From assembly GCF_964355755.1 (NCBI RefSeq), contig NC_092675.1:1235812-1299811 (forward strand): a stretch of 64,000 nucleotides of DNA, read 5' to 3'. Positions 41,501 to 54,400 of this stretch are shown piece after piece (the stretch's first letter is position 1; every line of letters starts with the position of its first letter). The DNA is from Antedon mediterranea (Eukaryota; Animalia; Echinodermata). The notes under the pieces are model-generated. The model ran no database searches. It saw only the letters and a program-made list of their open reading frames with translations, and had not been told where the DNA came from. The position numbers and the translations under genes are program-made.

Positions 41501-44500
41501 AGACGGAGTTTTGTCTTAATATTAGTAAAAAGATAAATATTTTGGCACATATGGCGTTTCATACGTATACTACTTGATTTTGGATACTCCGTCTGGGGAA
41601 ACACGCACAAGTCACGTGGTTTGACACCAAGAATTCTTGGTGCATACGATTATCCGGTTGACTAGTTTCAGCTGCATGCGATTGGCTACTCACTCGTACA
41701 CCGTTTTAATATTCATATTTCAGAATTTCAAAGACTCAACAACTAAGATGATGCGCATGCGCTATGTTACGTTTAGACAATGTGTACTTGGGTACATTTA
41801 TGAAAGTTTCTGAAGGCTAGAAATTATTTTATATACCTAGTAGTCTGGTAAACATTTGATGGCATTTTTTCCCAAGAACATGAAACTCGTCTTGATATGA
41901 TAGGCTATAGCTTCTCCGCAAATCAAACATTGAATGGATCATTTATTACGCGGAGATAATTTTGATTTAATTCCCACCCAGACCCTGTCCTGTTAAGTTG
42001 TGTGCCGGTGGTGGTATGTAGGGCTACTTTATTGGCGTTTTATTTGGCAGGTCATGCGTGCGAGTTGAGTGGGACCTACGAAAGAGGCCTAGGCCAAGGA
42101 CTAAACAATTAATAAACAAAACAACTTGGCATTACGATTTTATATTTCAACAGTCTCGATCGTACATTCAGCACTGTACGTACGTCTCGATCTTTTTCAT
42201 TTTGAAACAAAATGATCATTGGTTGATTCGAAATCCATATTTACATACCGCCCGCCCAATATAGCCAAATACGGTATGATAACCTACGTCATTCTTATCG
42301 GATGTTTGCGGTCTGCAAATCGATTTCTATACGTGTTTCACAAGTCTGTATTTTCAGACAAAAATCGCGGTCGAAATAAAAACCAATAAATTTAAAAAAA
42401 AGATAATAAAGACTTGGGGCAAGTCTAGCCAAAATCCAATGTATATTATGTCATAAAAAAAATATATAATTAATCAACCTCACATTTATAATATTACGCA
42501 AGGCTATGTTTTTATATTCAGTCTTAGGTAAAGGCAAAGGGGACATTTTAAATGGCTATATATTTGAAGTTTTCATATGCAATGCTCAACAGTGTGTGTT
42601 TAAAATGACTGGTATACTTACGATTTAGTTTCAAACTCGAATGTGTATGTATCTCTTAAATTTGTGTTCTCGATCTCTGACCACTTACACACATAATCAA
42701 CAGTATTTGTTGAAGAACAGTTGAGTGTTGGTTTAGTTGGTGCCACTGTAAATACATTAAAGTACATAATTTGTAATATGTCGTTCAATAATCATTAATA
42801 GTACAAAAAAGCGAAAATTAGCTAAATTAATTTATTAACAACATATCTGGCTTGTTACAAATGCCGGAGAGGGACTCCCGTACAGTGAACCACAAGTTAA
42901 TATACATCTTTTTCCGTATTATTCCCGTTTATGCATTACATCATTTCATTAATTAATCAGGAAAAACGGAGTGTAGATCGCGCTGTAACAAAACCATATT
43001 AAGTTTATTTTTTAGCTGTCGAATGAACAATCTTGAAAGCAATTATTTTGGTTGTGGATTTTTAATTTAACCGATTTTAAAATCACCAACAGCAACTTAC
43101 TAATATAATTATATAAGTAACGTCTGTGTTATTGCTGTGGGTTTAGAAACACCAACAACATAATGCCAAATAATAATTATGTTAGTAATATTCTCATACA
43201 ACATGTGAAGACGACAGAATTAACTACTAAATATTTAATCATTATTTAAGCTTACTTCCTACGTATACATATGTTCCATGCCATGACGAATCAGGTAAAT
43301 AACAATGATATTGATCTTTGTAATTTGCCATCGTTAAGTTCTGTAACCTTAGCATAGCCTCTGAGTCTGATATGATATCTATCTTCGATGGGTCTATTCT
43401 ATCAGTATCTTTACCAAAACTAGTCGTCCATATGATATCTCTTGAGGTATACGTGGTTGATGCATCTAATGTACAAGTAATATTTAAATTTGATCCAGCA
43501 GCTAGGATAGGGTCCATCGGTGTCATGACCACTAAAAAATCAATTTTTTGTTTAAGAAACGATAGAGTCCATTAGTGACACGATCACTAAAAAAAAGTAT
43601 AACAAAACGCTAAAAAAAACCTTGCCTATAAGGAAACATTTTATTCAACCTGAAACCCTAATGTTTTATTTTTTTAATGGTTATCCGCCATCCGATATCT
43701 GTAGGCCTAAAGTTAAAATAATTTTCTCTTCAAAGTTTGTAATTGTTCCTCGTAATTATATATCAAGAATCGTTAACCACCTGTTTAAAATGGAATATCC
43801 GTTTCTAAGAAGTTTCGATCATAATAATAATGCAATAATTATTTCCATTTTTGCTGCTTCGCAAAAGCGCACATCGGCATGTATTGATTTCATTATTAAT
43901 GGGTATAACGGATGTATTTTACACAAAAATAACGTCTTAAGAAAACATTTCTTTCCTCCTTGCGTCGTGTTTGTTTAATTTGTTGATTTGTACTATATTT
44001 TGTAAAATATGTATCGTTTGCCTGAATAAATAATAATAATAATAACATTTTTCTCAATAATTACAATTTTATAAAACGAAAGAGCAAACATTACGTGCAA
44101 AGCTTGTTTGCGGAAAAGCAAAAACAAAAAATGATTATCGAACAATAAAATGTAATTCGAAGAGTAGGTTATCATTATCAATAGATTACTTCACATGTTT
44201 TAGGTAAACAATTTACTATGTTTTCCAATAACATAAGAATATTTTAAAGATTATAATATCTCCTTGAAAAAAATGTAGTCCTATTTCGTAATTTTTTCTT
44301 TTAATATGCCATTTTCTTTTGATATAATAATATATTTGTTAGCATTTTGTTTTTGGCAAAAGTGAATATTGTAACTATTATTAGGCCTATATTAAAACTA
44401 CAAAATTGCCTATTTAAAGTTTGATTTTATTTATTTTAATTTTCATATTTTGAGGGACATAATATATATCTACAGTATTTCTGTTAAATAACTAGTTGAG

Positions 44501-44584
44501 ATGTTTACCTGCACGAGCGTTGGTATCATGAATGTAACTAAATAAAGTCCCGAGTGCGTAGATTACAGTCAGTGTTATAGCCAT
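38562..44584 (-). CDS. Class I cytokine receptor-like paralog C (SP-Ig-half CBM-S/T stalk-TM-tail, ~496 aa)
   Basis: Exons 44509-44584 (SP), 43256-43531 (Ig), 42622-42745, 41010-41173 (Cys-containing FN3), 40779-40868 and 40253-40393 (related S/T-rich stalk exons), 39568-39701 (TM IYLYILIPIVIILTFVLIAYIY + KYFKPWPEPKF), 38562-39047 (tail). Total 1491 nt, in frame. Confidence 0.78.
39172..39425 (+). mobile_element. tRNA-derived SINE, same family as 20865, in the last intron of paralog C
   Basis: gagtagctgagtagttaagacggtggaaccgtaattac...tctcggataaggac...cccagtataa. Confidence 0.8.
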
Positions 44585-45725
44585 GTTTATTTAGTTTGAT
44601 CTGAAAAGAAAATAAATTATAATAATTTAATAATAAATAAGACTGTAAGAGTATTTCAATATAGTTAAAGTTGTAATATGCGCCAGTTTTACTTATTTAT
44701 GTACAGAAGTCAGTGGCTAGTCTTTAAGGAATGGTTCCTTGTATAAGGACCACTGTTTAAATATTTTAATACAAAATATAGTATGATCTAACAAAATCAT
44801 ACGAAAAATCTCAAATTAATTGCAAAAATAGCATGTAGTATAATGAAGTTTGAGTTGGGGGGCGAGTACACTTAAGGCCGAGTTGACTTGGAGCATAGAC
44901 CTCTAAATTAGTAAGTCCATGCGTGGAGTAGAGTTGCCTATGGTAAATGACTGAGACCATGGAAGAGTGTAATGTCACTCTTCCTGCTGAGACCGTGATT
45001 ATTTAAATAAACTGTTAGCAATCTTAATCTTCAATGGTTTGTATCAAGTGCCATTATCGTTACATTAAACCGTGAATATGTAATAATATCTCATTACTTA
45101 AATGTAATCACCTTAAAATTTATCCATTACTTTCTTTATTCTAAAATGAAATGTCTGTCTTACCAGACGGTAACTGCGTGAGTTACAGCAAAATAGGCCT
45201 ACTCATTCAAACATAAAAACAGATAGATAAAAAAAAATATACGTAAAATTCTGGTACAATATTGTTTACTAGAGATTCCCACATTGCGCTATGCCTAACA
45301 TTTCAGTCATTGTTGTCCTAAAGAGATTATTAAACGAAAAAAATTTCGCCCCAATACGGGTATCGTACGCCCACCGCACTAGCGTAAGCCTGGCGTAAGT
45401 CTAGCGTAACTAAAGCCTAGCAGTGGCGTTGTTAACTTCATCCACTACGCCAAGCCCTAGGCGTTTTATGACAGCTACGCACAATGTAGTATGAAATTAA
45501 TTTAATAAAAACTTAAAAACGTTAAACTTGCTCCAGGAAAAAAATTTGTCATATAATTATTGATATATATTATATACCTACTTATAACATTCGGTTGTCA
45601 AGATCCAATCGTACGCTATCGACCCAGCTCTGCATCCCTGACAACACACATTCAATTGAGAATAAATCTAAACAGATCAGCTGTATACATGCTACATACA
45701 TACTCTACAATACGTAATTATTTTA

Positions 45726-45783
45726 CTGGTGCGCATGCGCATGCATACTCGGAACTTAAATAGTCGATATACCAGGAAAATGG
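45726..45783 (-). promoter_or_regulatory. Putative conserved promoter block of paralog C (GCGCATGCGC + TTCCTGGTA)
   Basis: ctggtgcgcatgcg and ataccaggaaaatgg are shared, in the same order, with 36703-36750 upstream of paralog B. Confidence 0.45.
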
Positions 45784-47822
45784 ATTTCCTGAAATACATT
45801 ATTTGAGGTAAATTGGGGTCAACATTCTCAAGTTCAAAATGGCGGTAAAAGTAAAATAAATATTAACTAGAATTTAATTCATCGAATTTGACGAATTAAT
45901 AGAATTGTAGGTGATCACTTTATAAGTTTACTGACATTTAATTTTTTTTAAACGATTCACGTATTTTTTGTAAAAAATTTTTACAACTATTTAAAACTTC
46001 TGGTGACTAATGTTAAGCCTTTTTTCTGTTTTAGGGCAGTGAAGAAGTGAACCATCAACTGCCATGTTTTGTTCGAAAGTCATTCAGTTTATGAATATAT
46101 GTAATGTAATAATTATATAATGTTTACCGATCATCATTTCGTTATCATAACGTTCGTGGATCTCTATATTCAATCATTCTATCATTTGGTGATTATTAAT
46201 TTTCATTATGTATTCAAATCACTTCGCACGTCATTCATATTAATGTATTTATAAATAATGACTTTCAACTTCCTTCATTTCATTATTAATAGATAATAGC
46301 TTTGCACGTCATTCGTTGTTTTTAATTATTTATAGGCCCAGATAATGACTTCGTGGAACGGAGAAAGAAAGAAGGAGCAAGATGATGAGTTCATGTTATA
46401 TTTAACATCATAATTAACATGGCTGTTAAAATGTTTCATAGCCAAAAACCCGCCAAGTCTCATGATATGGAACTTGTTTATAAATCATGGTTTAGTCCTA
46501 TCCTATCCTGTCCTATTATCCGCTCTATTTCGGTGTTGGCTGATATTTTTAGAACGTCTTGTAAAATAAGTCAATTATTTTATTAAATATTAATATTTTT
46601 GTTTGTTTCATAGTCAAAAACACGTTATTATACATACGAACTTAGTTCAAATACAGAAGTTTTGTTTAAGACGGAAGGTGTTCTGTTCTAGGCCTATACC
46701 CTCTCAGTCGGGTCAAAATATGAAATATAAAGCCTGTTTTGTTACTTATAAATTGTTTTCACGGTTATTAGTTACGCCAAATCACAAGAAATGATAATTA
46801 AATAATAATAACTATGACTGAATTGAGTGAGTTACTGTTGTAAAATATAAGGGCCTGAGGACTATGTATGCTCGAATAAAATCCATGAAAATGGAAGTGA
46901 ATTGAATAGACTCGTCTCACTTGAATAGCTACAGATGGTTACTACGGTATGACATTCTATAATGCTTTATAATTCCGAAATGTATCCCTTGTATCACGTC
47001 TCATTATTATAAACAAGATAATATATTGTTTGAAGGTTTGCATGGCGAAATCAAAATTAATGTTGATATAAAGTTTGCGGTACACCACGTATATTACTTC
47101 TGAAAATAACTGTTGAGTTTGTCGACATTTTTATCAATCAGCAAGTCCAGGAAACTTGAAATATAAGTGGAAAGGGTGGGACTGGTGTGAAAGCCAGAAA
47201 TGGCAAGAAAATATAGATATCGATATTGTTTCACTTTCACGTTGATTTAGATATATGTTTTACGTAATAAGAATATTATTAAAAGTTGGTTTGTGGTACA
47301 CATCGACCTTTCGGTTTCTTCTACACATCTGTCGTCTTGAGTGATTTTTCCGGGTTTTTTTTTTACTAACTTTAGGCCTATATCTAATAATTGAAACACA
47401 CCTTAAAGTAGTTAAAAATCGAATAGGCCTTGAAAAAAAATAGGTTAGGAATCACTCGCATCGCTGTGTGTTCAAGTCCCTCATAGCATGGATTAATGAA
47501 TAATAAATATATTAAGCAGATTATCTTTGATTGTAGTAACGCAGAATTGGTTTGATTAATTGCTGTTTCGCTGTGACATTAATCAAATGTAATTTTCACA
47601 AGAGCGTGTTGATTAAAAATGGTTACAATGAATATCAAAGAGTAACCAAATTAAAGATAAGTCTCTCTTTACGTGAAAAATATCCTATTTTAATATTATT
47701 ACTATTCATTATTTATAAAGCGCCTTTCCAGAAGATCAAAGCGCTATACCACATACAAAAACATAAATAAAAAATGCTACTAGGGGAACAAATACGTTTT
47801 AGTTGTTTCTTAAAAAGACAAG

Positions 47823-48352
47823 GGGTGGATTGCTATAAAACAGTCTTAACTGATGGTCTTAACTCCCCGATTAAAGCCGGCTTTATCAGATAGACGGTCT
47901 TATTAAAGCCACTCCTGATAGACCATTGCTATAAAACAGTCTTGGATAAGACCGCGTAAAGTAACAAATTGAGGGCGTAGTTTGCGCGTAGAATACCAAA
48001 TAAGGTAATGTTCGTCACGCTTGTTCAATTCACAATCATAACAGTACGTACATTTCTACGCGAGAAAATCCATTCTAGGCCTATATAAGAATAAAATCAC
48101 CGTTATTATTTGATTTAACACTTAAAACTCGTTTAATTGGTTGTCTTTGACGATAAATAATACGTAAAAGCAACAAAAAGAGAGGTTTAAGACTGTTTTA
48201 AGACTCCTTCGAGTAGGCTTTAATTTTAAAGACCGTTTACAGGTCAGACCGCGGTATAGCAATGGTCTTTTAATAAAGACTACTTGCTACGTCACGAATT
48301 ATAGCCGGCTAAGCGCTAAGACTGTTTATAGACCGCTTATAGCAATCCGCCC
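47823..48352. mobile_element. MITE (TIR ggg(t/c)ggattgctataa, apparent 3-bp AAG duplication) nested in a minus-strand L2/CR1 3' fragment (~47700-48402)
   Basis: gggtggattgctataa ... ttatagcaatccgccc; the joined flanks read approximately KLWNS.PSDIR.ALSSCLFKKQLKTYLFP on the minus strand. Confidence 0.7.
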
Positions 48353-48669
48353 AAGAACTAAGAGCCTATCGGATATCCGAAGGGCTGCTGTTCCAAAGTT
48401 TCTAAATTAGATTATGTTATGTAAAGAAAAACCTCGGAAATTATGGATATTCCCCTTTTCCCTGTTTACAACAATGGCATCAAAATAAGAACAAGCTCTG
48501 AATTACGTCATTGTTGCTGGTTCATTACACATCGCTGGCGCGCGTTCGTACCATTAACGACAAGGGAGACAGAACACGCCGCGGAATCTTCAAACGTTTC
48601 TCACAAACCGTACCTATCCAAAATCAGCACAACACAACGTGTTTACAATTATCTCATTATGAACTCCTT

Positions 48670-49250
48670 TATTTATATTTTAGAATATGCTGCCCCTGTT
48701 TGGCATGGCGCTATCACTAAGGACATGTCCAAGTCTATTGAAAAGGTACAAAAGAGAGCATTGCGTATCATGCTAGGTAACAACTATTTGTGCTATGATC
48801 ATGCATTGTCTGTTACTGGTTTACCTACTCTTGTAGAGAGAAGAAACAAACTTGTGTTGTCTTTCGGGGAAGGCTTATTAAAATCCGAGCTGTTTAGAGA
48901 AATACTTCCCCCTCTTCATAAGCCAGCTCGGTCTCTCAGAGTCAACCGCTTTCTAGAAGTACCTCATGGTAAAACCAGCAGACTTAGGTCGTCTCCAGTT
49001 CCCACCATGGTGGATATAATTAATAGGCACCACTAGCTCTTTTTTAGATATGTAATAAGTGAATGTTTTAAGGTTTTTTATTCATGTATGTTTTTAATTG
49101 TATGGTACGATATCTAATTTTATTAAGATGTTTCTATTTTTATAGCAATTTTAACTAATTTTTAGTCATTTGTAATACATTTCATTTCAGTCCTTGACTG
49201 TCGTTTTGTAATATATTTTTATATACCGAATAAATAAATAAAAAAAAATA
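48670..49250 (+). mobile_element. 5'-truncated non-LTR retrotransposon (post-RT C-terminal ORF2 fragment + 3' UTR)
   Basis: LEYAAPVWHGAITKDMSKSIEKVQKRALRIMLG..Y.HALSVTGLPTLVERR is a typical LINE ORF2 C-terminal motif; ends in (aaat)n/A-rich tail at ~49230-49250. Confidence 0.85.
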
Positions 49251-50264
49251 TATCATAAATTCCAACAAAAAAACTTCCATACAAATTTGTTTTTATAATT
49301 CGGTCTTATAATAGTGATAAGACCAACAACAAAAATGAGAAATTGGTTTGATAAACACAACCGCCTATTATTATAATTCTACTGCGTACTATCGCACCCA
49401 ATCCATCATGTAGTTCCGTTTACACTGGGTATATAAATGATTTATAATTTGCAATACAGGTATAACTTTATCAATATCGATGATAATTATGAATTGATTA
49501 GGACATTAGGCGCCATTTCTATAGATTTTGGTAGACCCGACGACCACTTGTAGGCTCATAATTATCAAAACAAAGTGCAGAAGGAATCGTTCCTAACGTG
49601 GAATAATAATAATATTATTAATTATACTGTAGCTGTCTAGCATTCATTATTAATTTTACGGTGATCCTTAAACAAACATAACTCGCTAACATTGTAATAA
49701 TGCATGTAAAAACACAAGCAACACCACTGTAAAGGTATTGCGCAACAAAATACAAAATTATGAATTTTGTTGGATTACAAAACCTTGTACGTATGAATCT
49801 GCCAGCATAACTGACCCCGCCCACTTTACGCGGGCTAAAAATGCGGTCTCAAATCGAATGTTCCTAATAATACGTTTATGACAAAGTTACATACAATCAC
49901 AGTAAATTATCTTAAACTCTTTCTACACAATCAAACTAGTTTGACAAAAAAAATGTGCCCAAATATGGTGGCGATATGCCCAAATATGTGACATGACATC
50001 ATCATGTCCATCTATGGGCACATCACATTTTTTGTCACATAAAGTTTGTCGTGTAGACAGTATAATTAATGTTGTCGATGACGAAATGATGCCGTCAAGA
50101 GCTAGAAAAGATCAGGCTAAAAGATAGTTTTAATTACCTTAAACAAATCAATGCAGTATATTTTCATTTTTTATATAAAAAATACAGTTTTATGTATCAA
50201 AATGTGCTACAAAACTAAATAATTTTCACTACTATACCCTATTTTATTACATTTATGACATTAT

Positions 50265-51448
50265 TCATTCTTGTTTGTTGCTAGTAATATTATCAAGAAA
50301 GTCTACTAAATTTGCTATCTCCATTTGTGAATAATCATCAATAACACTGTCTGTTTCTAATAAGCCATCCTCTAACGTATCTGATACCGAGTGTACTGCA
50401 CCAAAATGGGTTACCATGTAGTCACCAAGGAGCGGTTCACTGGCGTTGGCTTCTGGATGATCTGTGGTTGAAGTAGGTACGTATCCACAGTCTTCCATTT
50501 GAAAAGGTTCGATCGAGTTAATGCTGGTTGGAGAATCGGTAACTATTTTGGTATATGGTTCAGAATCTGAGAAGTCATTGGTAGAAGAACACTCCTCTTG
50601 TGTTCCTTTCGTTTCAGGATTCTGATTCTCATCGGTAACTATTTTAGTATATGGTTCAGAATCTGAGAAGTCATTGGTAGAAGAACATTCCTCTTGTGTT
50701 CCTTTCGTTTCAGGATTCTGATTCTCATCGGTAACTATTTTGGTATATGGTTCAGAATCTGAGAAGTCATTGGTAGAAGAACACTCCTCTTGTGTTCCTT
50801 TCGTTTCAGGATTCTGATTCTCATCGGTAACTATTTTAGTATATGGTTCAGAATCTGAGAAGTCATTGGTAGAAGAACATTCCTCTTGTGTTCCTTTCGT
50901 TTCAAGATTCTGATTCTCATCAGTAACTATTTTGGTATATGGTTCAGAATCTGAGAAGTCAGTGGTGAAAGAACACTCCTCTTTTGTTACTTTCGTTTCG
51001 GGATTCTGATTCTCATCTTTCACACATTTACCTTTGTAATTTATTGGGAAATATTCCTGTCCTGCATTTTCTGAATTTGTCACGTCACTGTTACACCCCA
51101 TTTTGTTTCCTTTCTTTACGATTTGTTCTTGTGGATAAAATGCATCATCATCATTATCGTTAAGTTCATCTTTGAAGGAGTCTGATCTACAGGCAGCATG
51201 GTTGTCATAAAATACTTGTTGCTCTTGAACATTAAGTTCTACACGAGACAGAGAAGGAGACATATCATGGAATCCTTGATCAGAGCTTGTTGTGCTCCTG
51301 ATTGAGGTTTTGCTATTGGGTCTCTTCTTAAGATCGTCAAATATCTCTTTTTCTCTTGGAGGAGGGGATAACTCTGGATCAATCACCTAAGAATAAAAAC
51401 AAAGTTTTTAACATACTGTATGAAGCAGAATGACAGTTTTAGTTTATT

Positions 51449-51483
<35 letters not shown>

Positions 51484-54400
51484 ATTTATTGCTAAAAACC
51501 AGTTACAAACAACAAAAACACAGAAACTAAGGGAGTAGGCCCCTAAAAGTGAACCTAATCACTATAACAAGAGTTCAGGTTCCGTACTCCCAAAGTAACA
51601 ACAATGATATATAATAAACTATATAAAAATATTTAAATAACAAATAGACGAATCAACAGTGTCAATATAAAATAAACGGATAAAATACATTATAGTCGAT
51701 TCAACAAAGTCAATATAAAACATGTGATTTAAGTGAATTTAAAATGCTGGAAAACTGTCTAAAATTAAAGAATGTTTAATCATTTCCGGTATTATTATGT
51801 TTCTGTATTCTGAAATAATACAGTATGAGCAGAGAAACGCCAGGCTGCTACTCAAAAGAGAAAGAAGAATAGAAACATTCAGCAATTGTAGTAAGTTGGT
51901 AAATTGGTCTAAATCAATTACCAAGTAAGAACAGTGGTTTTGTGATCTGTTTATCTGCATTTCACGAGTTGTAACGTCTAGACGGTTTTGCGATACAGTA
52001 TCCAGTTATCAGAATGTAACCCTAAGAATACTTTGTGTATTGTAAAGGTCACACATTGAAAGTAGTAAACGAAAAAATGTACTCACAATTTGTAAGATTT
52101 TTGGCTCTGGCCATTTTTTGAAGTATTTGTCGTGGTATTTACTTCTATAGATGTAGGCAACCAGAACAAATGTCAGTGAAATAAAACCTAGTATCAGGAT
52201 TAACGTAGCGATTGATGAATCTAGAATAAAGCAGATACATTTACTATCCCTGTTATTTCACTTTGGAACACATTACCTCAATCTGTAGTTGGTTCACAAA
52301 CCATATTATCATTTAAAATCAACCTTTCGAATTATTTAAAGCACATTTTAGTGAATTTTTATTTCTTTTTCTTATTGTTCTTCTGTATTAATTTAAGATA
52401 TAGTGTATTTAGACATCATATGTGTTTACTTACCAGGATCGCACTCAAAATTATCATAGATCTCAGATGCAGGTCCGGACCTGCGTGAATCATATTCGTC
52501 TTTATTGACTGCCCGAACAAGGAATTTATAATGAAGTATTTCTGTGACATCACAGCTAATAAGCAGTGTAAGAGACGTTGTCATAACCTTTTCAGTCTCA
52601 TTAATATATTGGTTGTTGTATGTGACTACATAATGGTCAATAGGTCCATTAGGATGCTTTGGTTCGCTCCATTGTAACTGTGTTGTGTCTTTCAAAAACG
52701 TTAGATCTTGAGGGGGTCCAGGAACTGAAAACGCATTTTAAAAGAGTTAGTTATTTAGTTATTAACCAAAAAAGTGTTATGTTAGATCAAGGCAATCTAA
52801 CAACAGGACACTGAGCTTGCCGTGCAATGATAGGAACTCGTAACAGTCCTTTGATCTCGTACCTGGCTGCGACAAATACCACAGAACTATGTATATTTTC
52901 TCCCCGGCGCGTGGTGTGTCTTTTAATGAGAGAGATCTGAACTGATTATTATATTTTTTCCCAAGATTTGTTAAAATCTTGAAATGTTATTGCATTGTTA
53001 TTAAATAGCTTAAGTTTTACTATTACAATATTTACCTCCTATTAATGTCTTGGTAGTATCTTTTGGAAATGCCTCCTGGCCACAAGCATAATCAGCTAAA
53101 CTTTCACTACAAGCAGACACGCTCACTATATACACAGTGTCTCCCAAAAGGTTTTCTAACATTTTGCTCTGTGTTGTCTCGAAATACAATGTGCCATTTA
53201 ACTTAATTTTATAGTGTTTAATATTTCCGTTTATTTCATTTGGTTCATCCCAAACGATTGTTAAACTGCTGTCAGTTATGTTGCTAATTATGACATTCTG
53301 TGGAACACCGGGAGCTATAGAAAAAAATGATTAGTAGTATCAAAGATTTTTCTTTAAATCCACAAAGGCAAGTGGCATTGGGCCTTTCATCAGTAAATAT
53401 ATTTCTTCATAATTGATACTATTTATATTGATATTTATTATTTCTTATTTGAAACGGAAATGCAAATGAATCAATGAGGCTGTGTGAAAAGGTGATGCAG
53501 AGTAAATCCGTAGAGAAATGTCCAAAATATCAGTATCGAAAGACATGTATATAAAGATATTTCCACTGTGATGCATTATAAAGTTGTGGGCGGTGATTGA
53601 TAATCCTTGGTATCGTTTTCTAAATTCAAAATAAATTAATCTGATGAAAGTTAGGCAACTTACTTCCCTGGCTTGTTTTCTTGGTAACATGAACACTGCT
53701 AGGCCCCTCTCCCACGTTGTTACTTACTGTCATCCACACCTTATATTCAGAGAAAGGTTTGAGGTTTCCAAGTTTATAACTTTGTTGTTCGGAATTCAGA
53801 GATAGACCATCAACATAACCATTTGGATCTAACATTAAAATACAAAATATATCGATTTAATCTGTATTCTAATAATGCAACCATAATAATTATTAATAAA
53901 AACTGATTTGTAAATACAGTATCTTTATTATAATATATACATATACTTACATTCTTGGTAGTAAATATTATATTTAGTAATTACACCATTTGGTTTTTCT
54001 GGTGGTGTCCATGTAATACTTAATACAGTTGCATTCATCTCTTCTGATTGTACTGATAGTGTAGATACATTACCTGGAACTATACCAACAAACAGTATTA
54101 ATGTTAGCTATAAAATAGTGATGATTTCTCCTAAACCACCAATCTAATTAAAATCTGACTTAATTACATGGTACTGTTAGCACGTCTAATAAAGCATATT
54201 TGTAATAAGCTACTGTAGTCTAGTAATTAACTGTTAGAGGTACGTTGGTAACATAGGTGTTGCAGGTAAGAGAGAAATTTCAAATAAGCAAAAAATACCA
54301 ACAATAAATGAAATTGAGAAAATCTCGAGATTTCGAGATTTTGATTAAATAACTTTAAAATCATTTTTTATCTCTGCTACTTGTGCAGCGTGGTTTTCCT

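Noticed and set aside
45345-45465. Minus-strand sequence with A-box-like tggcgtagtgg and a tRNA-like end ttggggcg
   Set aside because: I could not fold a convincing cloverleaf and the B box is degenerate; at most a decayed SINE.
48443-49036. 197-aa ORF as a host gene
   Set aside because: Its C-terminal ~120 aa is a LINE ORF2 fragment; the N-terminal part looks like chance read-through.
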